Shown here: in pieces, positions 33,101 through 41,689 of the stretch
Position numbering within the stretch: the first letter of the stretch is position 1
Layout: every line of letters begins with the position of its first letter
Sequence record: NC_042060.1
DNA length: 64,000 bases
Reading direction: 5' to 3' (one strand)
Program-made: the position numbers and the translations under genes
The notes under the pieces: generated by a model
The model's database searches: none
What the model was told of the DNA's origin: nothing
What the model saw: only the letters and a program-made list of their open reading frames with translations

Positions 33101-33425
33101 ATAGCCGATCTTCAACGAACCAAGCATCACCGACATTATGCGTATCTAATGGTTTAATATCTTGTTCGAATGTTGCTAGATCAACATTAGCGATAATATT
33201 GATAGCTGGACCAACCGGACCAGGAGGACCTTGTTCGCCATCTTTACCTGGCGCACCATCTTCACCCTTTAATCCAGGTATAGTGACAGGATCAACGAAA
33301 GTGGTATTAAGACCCACCCCGGTAGAAACCGGGATGTGTCCATTAACTACAGAAGTGGGTTCATCAATTGATGATACCCGTTTGGGGAGTTCCCCGTTTA
33401 CATAATCTTCAAATGCAGAAGCCAT
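30144..33425 (-). CDS. gp146: Collagen-like virion fibre protein
   Basis: About eight Gly-X-Y blocks separated by ~60-aa Trp-containing domains, then foldon-like repeats and a C-terminal LLWDGTNW domain. Confidence 0.85.
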   Translation of the reverse strand: MASAFEDYVNGELPKRVSSIDEPTSVVNGHIPVSTGVGLNTTFVDPVTIPGLKGEDGAPGKDGEQGPPGPVGPAINIIANVDLATFEQDIKPLDTHNVGDAWFVEDRLWVWESPLGNEDPPVKGRWVETGSLRGPDGTGLVIRGRWPNNLELPKTESNKPGDAYSWNNQLWAWMLISGNNPPENPTIDDYDWFPVTPQGERGPEGPEGPKGEDGDIGPEGPQGEPAMPFTIKDSLPSPADLPDPSVAKESEAYLVTMEAGKPGHLFIFVKGAWSDLGTFQGPEGPQGKPGNTGDPGPDGKQGEPGPQGRNLEVVKAVETADDLLTTTGVEQYQGVSVRSTNTVYVLTGQDPTVDISWTAMGSFRGPQGPEGPKGEDGDQGLPGEPGAQGKSAFQVALDNGFTGTEGEWLISLHGKNVVITGAVANEAALPADAPDQAAYFTQDTSTLFVKIDGNWVNSGTHRGPKGEDGAPGKDGDQGPEGPEGPEGPQGPAGEPIQIIAAIDTPEDTPPEALADNQWKAYTVKSTGEVFVNMDGSRWTSIGIMAGPQGKPGEGLNIKGVLTDASQLPKKDTDPDLVTGDSYWVETNEGTMLYTYQGQEIDGYIGPINLNGEQGIQGVEGPQGPEGKQGGGLLIIYVGDDAGKPVASADNVGKGIAIRTNTEGQVEVFVSIDTEGTFTWESLGVLAMGPQGPEGPEGKQGVPGMPGKTGQKGERGSSWVILPEGQTAPTSIDGNRGDWCIDKTGTVWYKDANWVVFYKLMSVPVSEVDPEDVDKKMVRYKLGWTELPVDEVVDAEVGVFYGRRKATADGAVEWTAIELPTPAIDAVPSPVVNAQYVRKGIAGGETEWATITFPEIPADVVRDTAQATKPQGRVAGNWVDVAPLQTDDTLMGMQNGEWVAVPAAVIGEVPSEGANGTNYVREKTASGSKWTPVTIIVDQADATSGQLFLRNAAAKSWTLFQGPNNDVTADGDWVRSRTGTNITWKKLDKSFDVYSLKSSTFTGTALTLTPANQQCYRVQTAANQTITLENGPVDRMVTAVLVLLGKVAMPTLSSAVLQWNNGTPLIVDDLGDTKTILTLLWDGTNWVVSKGAVI

Positions 33426-35794
33426 TATACTACTTCCTCAAGTTCGATTTTCATCAGTCCAGTGGTATTGGATACAGCGTTTGCTGAGTCACAGTTATAC
33501 CACTTATTGCCATCCTTGATGGTGTAGGTGTCAACTTGATTTGCATCATCCGCCTTATAAGTGAAGTTTAAGCTACCAGTAGAACCTTTAGATAGGTTAC
33601 TGCAACGTAGTTTACCAGTATTGGTTACTTCAGTACCAATATCAGTTTCACGGTTCGGCCAAGCAGCCACACTTAGAGTGCGGAATACAAATCCACCTAG
33701 TACATAAGTACCACCATTTACACTATTAGCTTCAACACCAGCTAAACCTTTTAGAACCACACTGTTAAAATCGTAGGTTCCTTTAGGATCATCGTCATGT
33801 ACTAGTAATGCACGTGTCCATACCTTACCAGTGGCATCAGATTTCCAATCCTCAGTAGCCCACTTACCGCCAGGCGCATTCATGGCCGGAGCTGCACTTA
33901 GTTTCTGAGTAGAGGTTAAAGTAATGACATGACTTTGTACTTGGGTTCCAAAGTTACCACCTGAACGAAGGCGAGCAGCAGGGTAGGTAACCGTCGCAGT
34001 AGGTGCCGCATTTGCAATAGCCACAACAGCAATAGCTGTAGCTACACTACCATTAGCTGCACGTTTAGCAGTAATTAATAGGTTATTAGTGCTGTCGTTA
34101 TAAGTACCTGACTTATAAGTAACTACCTTAGCAATTTCTGCTTCATTTGCACTGGTTATAGTAAGCTGATCATTTGGTGAGGAATAAACCACACTATCAG
34201 CATTAGATACCGTATTGGCTACAGTAGCAGTTTCACCTACTTTAATAGCACTTTGACCAGACGGATAAGTTACTTGACCAATATTAACAACTGGGCGAAG
34301 ATCGTTTAACTGCATAGTGTTAATTTTATCTTCGGAACCAGCATCACTGGAAGTAAACCATTCTGACCATGATCCAGTTGATTTCTGAACACGTACACGG
34401 AAACCATATGCCTTAGTAGTATTACCACGATCAGCTACATAAAGACCAGTAACCTCTAGTTCTTTAGTAGGTGCAACAGTACCACTACTTTCTTTCAGTG
34501 CACCAAAGTCAGCAATTTCGTATGCTACTATATTTTCATCAGTAACAACTTTAATTGCAACAAGGTCATCTTCTTTAAGTTCTGTTTGACCTAACGGATA
34601 ACCGCCAGTAAATACAGCACTAGTAATATTAGCGGGAGTATCGGCTAATACCTTAGTAGTGAATTTAGCCCCATCGGCGTGTTCTACAACAATATCAGCA
34701 TAACCTTCAGTAGTGGGTGCACCAAGATCAATATCGGCAGTAGCAATCCACATAGGTGGATTAACGCCAGGAGTTACAACTGCATCTATGTTATTGATTT
34801 TAACACTAGGTACATAACTAGAATGTCCAGTTATTGCATCAACGATAACTCGAACATTACTAGTAGTTGATAGGCATGACTGTACGCTGTGCCCATCGGG
34901 GGTACGCACAATACTACCTACGTTCTGACTGGGGTCAGTTGCTTGTACATCTTTGACGAATACACCGCCACTAATACCTTCATTTTTAGGAAGGTTCTTA
35001 AGATCAACGGTCGTTTCATCAACGCCTTCAACAATACGGATATTACCGTCATTCTTGAATGCAATGTAATCAGTTAAACTACCAATCTGGAATTCACCAT
35101 TGTCATAAATACGAATTTCAGACTCAGGTAATTCGGGTAATGCACCTTGCGTAGTGGGCGCAGAAGCGTTCTTTAGATAAGAATAACCTTCTGCTTCCAT
35201 ACGACCTTGTTCCATCATACGCTGAGGTATTTTATCACCAGCAGTTAAGTCGTCTTGATTTAGACGCTTATCAAACAGGAAAGCAAAGTTATGGAAAGCA
35301 GCGTTGGATGATAATCCACCATTCTTGCCAGTTACACGCAATACATCTTTAACTGTGTAACCTTGTTGATTTAAGAGCGACTGGAGTAGTTCAGCAGTCA
35401 TGGTTGCATGCAGTGATGTTAACCATTCCTGTTCAGTACCTTGGAAACCGTTTTCCACAGCTACTTCATATGCACTCTTACCAGCATCACCTTTAAGGGA
35501 TGCTATAAACTCTTCTTCAGTACCAACGAAACCTAGATCGACTGCGATTTGATAAGAAGATTTACCTTTAAGCGAATCAAGCCATTCGGTTTCAGTTCCC
35601 TGGAAACCATTTTTAACGGCAATCTCGTACGCACTAAGACCGGGTGCTCCAGTCTGTAGTTTTGACAGCAGAAACTTATAGTTATCGACTTGACCAGCTG
35701 CATCGGTATGAATTAATTCAATATACTCGCTATCGTTAAGAGTAGCTAGATCCGGCAGTTGACTGATCTTGCCTTTGTCTGTAACATTTGCCAT
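33425..35794 (-). CDS. Virion fibre/adhesin-like protein (gp145 position)
   Basis: N-terminal KISQLP motif, three SAY.IAV..GF.GTE.E...SL repeats and Thr/Ala/Val-rich beta-sandwich-like domains; TAATG-coupled to gp146. Confidence 0.78.
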   Translation of the reverse strand: MANVTDKGKISQLPDLATLNDSEYIELIHTDAAGQVDNYKFLLSKLQTGAPGLSAYEIAVKNGFQGTETEWLDSLKGKSSYQIAVDLGFVGTEEEFIASLKGDAGKSAYEVAVENGFQGTEQEWLTSLHATMTAELLQSLLNQQGYTVKDVLRVTGKNGGLSSNAAFHNFAFLFDKRLNQDDLTAGDKIPQRMMEQGRMEAEGYSYLKNASAPTTQGALPELPESEIRIYDNGEFQIGSLTDYIAFKNDGNIRIVEGVDETTVDLKNLPKNEGISGGVFVKDVQATDPSQNVGSIVRTPDGHSVQSCLSTTSNVRVIVDAITGHSSYVPSVKINNIDAVVTPGVNPPMWIATADIDLGAPTTEGYADIVVEHADGAKFTTKVLADTPANITSAVFTGGYPLGQTELKEDDLVAIKVVTDENIVAYEIADFGALKESSGTVAPTKELEVTGLYVADRGNTTKAYGFRVRVQKSTGSWSEWFTSSDAGSEDKINTMQLNDLRPVVNIGQVTYPSGQSAIKVGETATVANTVSNADSVVYSSPNDQLTITSANEAEIAKVVTYKSGTYNDSTNNLLITAKRAANGSVATAIAVVAIANAAPTATVTYPAARLRSGGNFGTQVQSHVITLTSTQKLSAAPAMNAPGGKWATEDWKSDATGKVWTRALLVHDDDPKGTYDFNSVVLKGLAGVEANSVNGGTYVLGGFVFRTLSVAAWPNRETDIGTEVTNTGKLRCSNLSKGSTGSLNFTYKADDANQVDTYTIKDGNKWYNCDSANAVSNTTGLMKIELEEVV

Positions 35795-35896
35795 TTTTAT
35801 TTCCTTGCTGTATAAGAAACACTAACATGTTAGTCTTTCGAAGAAGACTCATACAGTAATGTACTATTGCTAATGAGTAATATTTTAACAACATAA

Positions 35897-35916
35897 GAGA
35901 GTCCCGAAGGACTCTC
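35897..35916 (-). terminator. Hairpin terminator (TTCG loop) after the endolysin gene
   Basis: gagagtcc cgaa ggactctc with a TTATG tail on the minus strand. Confidence 0.75.
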
Positions 35917-35999
35917 AAAAAGTTACATTGGCACAAGATGTGGTTTATCATGAGGGGAAGTTTCACATGATACCATAGACTCCATTCTATTGCTACATC

Positions 36000-36821
<822 letters not shown>

Positions 36822-36843
36822 TTAGGTTCATTGAGGGTATTAC

Positions 36844-37377
36844 TTAACTTTCTAGATAACGGATTTGACCATTTTCTAGATAACGTGCTGCACCATTCTC
36901 TAATAGTCGGATAGTATCTGACGTATCATCAATACGTTGAATTAGTATATTACATTCACCATAGTAAGCATAACTACTCGACATAGCTACTATCGTGTAT
37001 GGAACAATATCCGTAGTTGCATTGATTGGTGTTGTATCGAATGAAATATCATCTGGTCCAAGCTTCCAACCTCGTGAACGGTTAATTTCTTCAGCAATCG
37101 CTTTAGGTGTTAAAGTACCAACTATCTTAAGGATAGATCCTTCACCAATAGCTCGTGGATCAGCAAAATCTAACCGACGGTAAGTTAACATGTACTTAAT
37201 GTCAGTAGTAATGTCGATCATTTCAATAAATGTACGTCCAGGCTCAATCGTGGTTGGACTAAAAAACATATCTTCAAATGTAACTGTTTCTGGTTTGAAG
37301 TTTATTTTTAAATCATCCCGCGCAAGTTTTACTAGCGCATTCCTCGATGCCATGTCATACGGAAAGATATCCTGCAT
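36844..37377 (-). CDS. Probable virion protein with C-terminal RxLE[ND]G repeats (gp143 position)
   Basis: Paralogous N-domain (YRRLDF); ends RLLENG-AA-RYLENG-QI-RYLES. Confidence 0.75.
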   Translation of the reverse strand: MQDIFPYDMASRNALVKLARDDLKINFKPETVTFEDMFFSPTTIEPGRTFIEMIDITTDIKYMLTYRRLDFADPRAIGEGSILKIVGTLTPKAIAEEINRSRGWKLGPDDISFDTTPINATTDIVPYTIVAMSSSYAYYGECNILIQRIDDTSDTIRLLENGAARYLENGQIRYLES

Positions 37378-37424
37378 GTCAAACCTCTATAGTGGTAAAA
37401 TGTTTAATCCACATAGCATTATAA

Positions 37425-37449
37425 AGCCTTCCTCTTGAAGAGGAAGGCT
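37425..37449 (-). terminator. Hairpin terminator
   Basis: agccttcctct tga agaggaaggct. Confidence 0.7.
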
Positions 37450-37459
37450 ATTATAGTTT

Positions 37460-37855
37460 TTATTGCATAAGCATCTTTATTAATTCAAAGGTACCTTGCA
37501 CAATAGTCTTTAACACATTGGCACTTTCTTCTGACATAGGTGCACCAGATAAAACTACCATAGTAGATACTGATGCCCCAATAAGAGTAACGCCACCAGC
37601 TAATACCAATACCGCATTACGGTAAGAATCTTTAGCCTTCACTTCAGCAATTTCCCGGCTGAGAATTTTATATTGAAGATCTGAATCGGTAATAGCATAA
37701 ATTAGACTAAGTACTTCCTCACCAGTTATACTTAGATTTATACGTTGTTCCTTTTCCAATACACTATTCAAATAGGTACGTATCTTCTTTCCATAGTCTT
37801 TAGAAGAAGATAAAGGATTACCATCGATCTCAATCAGAACGTCCTCTAGGGTCAT
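37460..37855 (-). CDS. Single-TM membrane protein, holin candidate (gp142 position)
   Basis: Start at 37855 (GGAG SD); TM AVLVLAGGVTLIGASVSTMVVLSG; follows the spanin pair. Confidence 0.5.
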   Translation of the reverse strand: MTLEDVLIEIDGNPLSSSKDYGKKIRTYLNSVLEKEQRINLSITGEEVLSLIYAITDSDLQYKILSREIAEVKAKDSYRNAVLVLAGGVTLIGASVSTMVVLSGAPMSEESANVLKTIVQGTFELIKMLMQ

Positions 37856-38192
37856 GACTATTCTCCAAATTACGTTGACGTTCGTTCCATTCACGCAATT
37901 TGTCTACTTGGATATTACATAGTCCAAGTGCATCAGTTTGTAAAAGCCAATGTTCGGTCATAAGTAAGAAACGTGCTTCATTCTCATCAGTAACCCCAAC
38001 AGCTTTATATCTATCTAATGCATTGATGATCTCATTAGCTGTAGGTGGGGCTTCCACATCGCAAGGGAGAAGTAAACTACTTGGGATTGCAACTGGTATT
38101 TTCACGGGAGGCGGCACAGTAGTGCTCGTACATCCGTTTAGCAATAGCATTAATAGACTTATTAATGTTATCTTTTTTTGTGTCAGTTTCAT
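37830..38192 (-). CDS. o-spanin (Rz1-like) outer-membrane lipoprotein
   Basis: The internal ATG at 38192 gives MKLTQKK-ITLISLLMLL-LNG/C, then Pro-rich TVPPPVKIPVAIPSSLLLPC and a second Cys. It overlaps the i-spanin 3' end in another frame. Confidence 0.8.
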   Translation of the reverse strand: MKLTQKKITLISLLMLLLNGCTSTTVPPPVKIPVAIPSSLLLPCDVEAPPTANEIINALDRYKAVGVTDENEARFLLMTEHWLLQTDALGLCNIQVDKLREWNERQRNLENSHDPRGRSD

Positions 38193-38583
38193 GTTTAATC
38201 TCAGTAGTGGTGCTTTCCCCATTAGTTGTTTTAGCTTTAACCTCAGGCCATACAGGTGGAGTATATCCACGACCTGATAAACTAATGTACTCATCAATCA
38301 CCTCAGTGCGTGATTGCGCCTGCTCTTTTTGTATCTCTTTCTTTTTAGTAATTAGTTCAGCTTGAATTTTATCGGAGATACGATCTGATTCAATCCTAAC
38401 CTTTTCTGCCGCTTCATAAGATTTAATTTTTCCAATTAAATCTGTAGAGCGAACAAGTTCCGTCTCATAACTATTTTTGTAATATATGATACCAATTAAG
38501 GCACCTATCAGAATAACTAATAGTAACCATATATGCAATGGCACGCTACCAATTATTTTTCGTATACCTGCTAATAGGAACAT
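38077..38583 (-). CDS. i-spanin (Rz-like) (gp141 position)
   Basis: N-terminal TM (IWLLLVILIGALIGIIYY), coiled coil and two C-terminal Cys. Confidence 0.78.
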   Translation of the reverse strand: MFLLAGIRKIIGSVPLHIWLLLVILIGALIGIIYYKNSYETELVRSTDLIGKIKSYEAAEKVRIESDRISDKIQAELITKKKEIQKEQAQSRTEVIDEYISLSGRGYTPPVWPEVKAKTTNGESTTTEIKHETDTKKDNINKSINAIAKRMYEHYCAASRENTSCNPK

Positions 38584-38598
38584 TGTTACCTCGAATTG

Positions 38599-39162
38599 TT
38601 AAACAATCCTAGTAAGGTAGTAGTAAGCTATCGCACAAGCATCCATAGAGTGGTCATCTAGACTATCTATATCGATGTTCCATGTGATGTCAGTACGAGA
38701 ACGCATTGCTTCTTTAACATCATCTTTAGTAGTACCCTTTACTTTTTTCATACCCGCATTGATTTTAACTGTAGTAGGATCAATCATGTATAAAGGTATA
38801 AATCTATCATACTCGTATAATGCTCTATGTACATAGGTCACACATTCTACAAGTACAGCGAAGCTTTGGGCAAACTTACCAAGATAGTTAGACTCTACAA
38901 TAACTGCATGTGGTTTTTCAGTATGTAGTATATTTAGTACCACATCACTCATTTGCTGCATTCTAGTAAATCTACTACCATGAACCTCGGAGATGGCAGC
39001 ATATGCCGGATTTGTATCTTTAAGGTGGCAGGTAAATGCATTACGTACCACCTTATTACTTCCATCCAACTTATCTTCCAGAATAGCTATGCCGAGGTTT
39101 TGTGAACCAGGGTCTAATGCTAGTACCCGAAATGGCTCATCACTCGCTGGAAGCTTAAGCAT
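38599..39162 (-). CDS. ruvC: RuvC-like Holliday junction resolvase (gp140 position)
   Basis: LALDPG, VIVE and DDHSMDA acidic catalytic motifs. Confidence 0.85.
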   Translation of the reverse strand: MLKLPASDEPFRVLALDPGSQNLGIAILEDKLDGSNKVVRNAFTCHLKDTNPAYAAISEVHGSRFTRMQQMSDVVLNILHTEKPHAVIVESNYLGKFAQSFAVLVECVTYVHRALYEYDRFIPLYMIDPTTVKINAGMKKVKGTTKDDVKEAMRSRTDITWNIDIDSLDDHSMDACAIAYYYLTRIV

Positions 39163-39164
39163 AT

Positions 39165-40091
<927 letters not shown>

Positions 40092-40127
40092 TTAGTACAC
40101 TGTACTATTGAGTAAATTTGTAAGAGT

Positions 40128-40147
40128 TCCCCTCCACATGGAGGGGA
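40128..40147. terminator. Hairpin terminator
   Basis: tcccctcc acat ggagggga after the oxygenase-like pair. Confidence 0.65.
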
Positions 40148-40156
40148 TTTATGCTG

Positions 40157-40645
40157 TTAAGCAAATTTTTCAGGAGCACCACGTACCATTACACAGATCC
40201 ATGATTGTCCATTATGGGAGCGTTTTACTTCATGTAATTGGGATAGATGGAATACTAATCCTTCACCTTTTCCAATTAATAGTTCCTCACCATCTAAAAT
40301 GAACTTAGCATCAGGTCCAATATTCCAAGCAAGAATAGTACCGGACTCGGGTTTATCTACCCAATAATTCATCTCATCTAGAAATCCATCTATTTTGGGG
40401 AAATCTAAAAACCATACTTGCAGTGCTTTGTTAAATAGCTCTTCGCCTAAAATTGGTTTAATTTCTTTACGCTGTTTAGCAGTCCAATTAAACCATTTTG
40501 AAGTATTATAAACACTACATGCTTTAAGGCCATTAGTGCCAACTCGCATACGGTGGCCATATGAGTCTCTAAATGAAACTTCGCCTTTAAGCTTTGTTAA
40601 TGTTTTTAGTTCTGTCTTAGATAGAGTCTTAAGTTTAATTGCCAT
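40157..40645 (-). CDS. Degenerate double-stranded beta-helix (2OG-Fe(II) oxygenase-like) protein (gp138 position)
   Basis: Keeps GEGLVF..SQLHEV but lacks HxD (LDEMNYW) and the terminal Arg. Confidence 0.55.
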   Translation of the reverse strand: MAIKLKTLSKTELKTLTKLKGEVSFRDSYGHRMRVGTNGLKACSVYNTSKWFNWTAKQRKEIKPILGEELFNKALQVWFLDFPKIDGFLDEMNYWVDKPESGTILAWNIGPDAKFILDGEELLIGKGEGLVFHLSQLHEVKRSHNGQSWICVMVRGAPEKFA

Positions 40646-40653
40646 GTTGTACC

Positions 40654-41136
40654 CTACTCGTAGAGATATATAAGAACGTATCTTTTATTTTTAACTGGAG
40701 GGACTTCATGTGGCTCTGAACGGATTGGAAAAATAGTAGCCCTACCTGGTACATCCTGATAAAACTTACCATTGATCGTTATACCATCGCCATTGTCATT
40801 TAATGCAATAACCATGTTGTAACGATAAACAGCTTGGTCGATGTGTTCAGGCATACCTGTACCAATTTCATATCGGTTGATTAGAACTTCGCCTAACCAA
40901 GCACCTTCTACCTTAGGTGCAATATGAAATAGTAATTCCCGTAATTCCATTGGCATTTGGTTATGCCCTAAAAACCAATAATCACACTCAGTGATACCTT
41001 TGGTTGGGATACTATTAATTTTTTTCCGATTAAACCACCAGGAATCTCCTAGTGTATCCAGATAAGATACAAGGTCAGCTGCAAATTCAGCTGAAAACAC
41101 GTCCTTGGTCGATCTTTCGTGGGCCGATAAGCTCAT
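40654..41136 (-). CDS. 2OG-Fe(II) dioxygenase (AlkB/prolyl-hydroxylase-like) (gp137 position)
   Basis: LINRY..G.GMPEHID (HxD), SEPHEV (distal His) and KRYVLIY (Arg); start set at ATG 41136 (AGGTGG SD). Confidence 0.8.
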   Translation of the reverse strand: MSLSAHERSTKDVFSAEFAADLVSYLDTLGDSWWFNRKKINSIPTKGITECDYWFLGHNQMPMELRELLFHIAPKVEGAWLGEVLINRYEIGTGMPEHIDQAVYRYNMVIALNDNGDGITINGKFYQDVPGRATIFPIRSEPHEVPPVKNKRYVLIYLYE

Positions 41137-41689
41137 GCAGGCCACCTGCATATCGATGTGCTTTCTCAGCGTCGAGATCTTCCCTGGATTTATAGATAAC
41201 GTCTGGGCTCTCAATTAGGGCCTCCTTATGCGCGCGATTAGTTCGTTTAACAAGATCAATATAATCAAGCATTTCTTCTAGTTCATCTAACTCTTGACCA
41301 TATTTTTCAGCTAGCTGTTTAATTGCACGTGCAAGGATATTAATTTGCTCAGTCACTGGATAGCGTTCAGTAATTTTGTAGGCCACTTTACTATTTAAGT
41401 GATCTTCAGTAATTACTTGTGGCGCTTCTTCTTTAGGAACAATCTTCCAATCGGAAAGTGTAGGTTGTTTACCAGGTGTATTACTTACGACTACATCATA
41501 AGTACCCATTTCGGCTTCAACAAAAATGGTGTGCTCACGTGACTTAGCATCGAATGCATCTAAAGGTAGATAGCCTACGCTTTGTAGGAATACCTCAGAA
41601 GTACGGTTAAACATTAATAGTACTTTTACTTTATCTTCAGTAGGCGCAGTAGCTAAAGATAGTTCTTGGAGTGATAACGGATTATTCAT
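41087..41689 (-). CDS. Possible tail-fibre assembly chaperone (gp136 position)
   Basis: TAATG-coupled to the last fibre gene; I..RYP..EQINIL...M.DYID.V pattern typical of fibre-adjacent chaperones. Confidence 0.5.
   Translation of the reverse strand: MNNPLSLQELSLATAPTEDKVKVLLMFNRTSEVFLQSVGYLPLDAFDAKSREHTIFVEAEMGTYDVVVSNTPGKQPTLSDWKIVPKEEAPQVITEDHLNSKVAYKITERYPVTEQINILARAIKQLAEKYGQELDELEEMLDYIDLVKRTNRAHKEALIESPDVIYKSREDLDAEKAHRYAGGLHELIGPRKIDQGRVFS

Noticed and set aside
31333-33405. Several + strand and alternate-frame ORFs inside the collagen-like gene (31333, 31711, 31760, 31782, 32404, 32687, 33199)
   Set aside because: These are shadows of Gly-X-Y codon periodicity (antisense PSGP repeats), lack SDs and lie fully inside a long real gene.
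35736-35999. 76-aa ORF, a possible readthrough frame after the endolysin, and a 17-codon mini-ORF
   Set aside because: The endolysin stop is TAA, the downstream frame crosses the terminator with no recognisable motif, and the mini-ORF SD spacing is only 3 nt.
37900-38277. 125-aa + strand ORF
   Set aside because: It is antisense to both spanin genes; a third overlapping frame is implausible.
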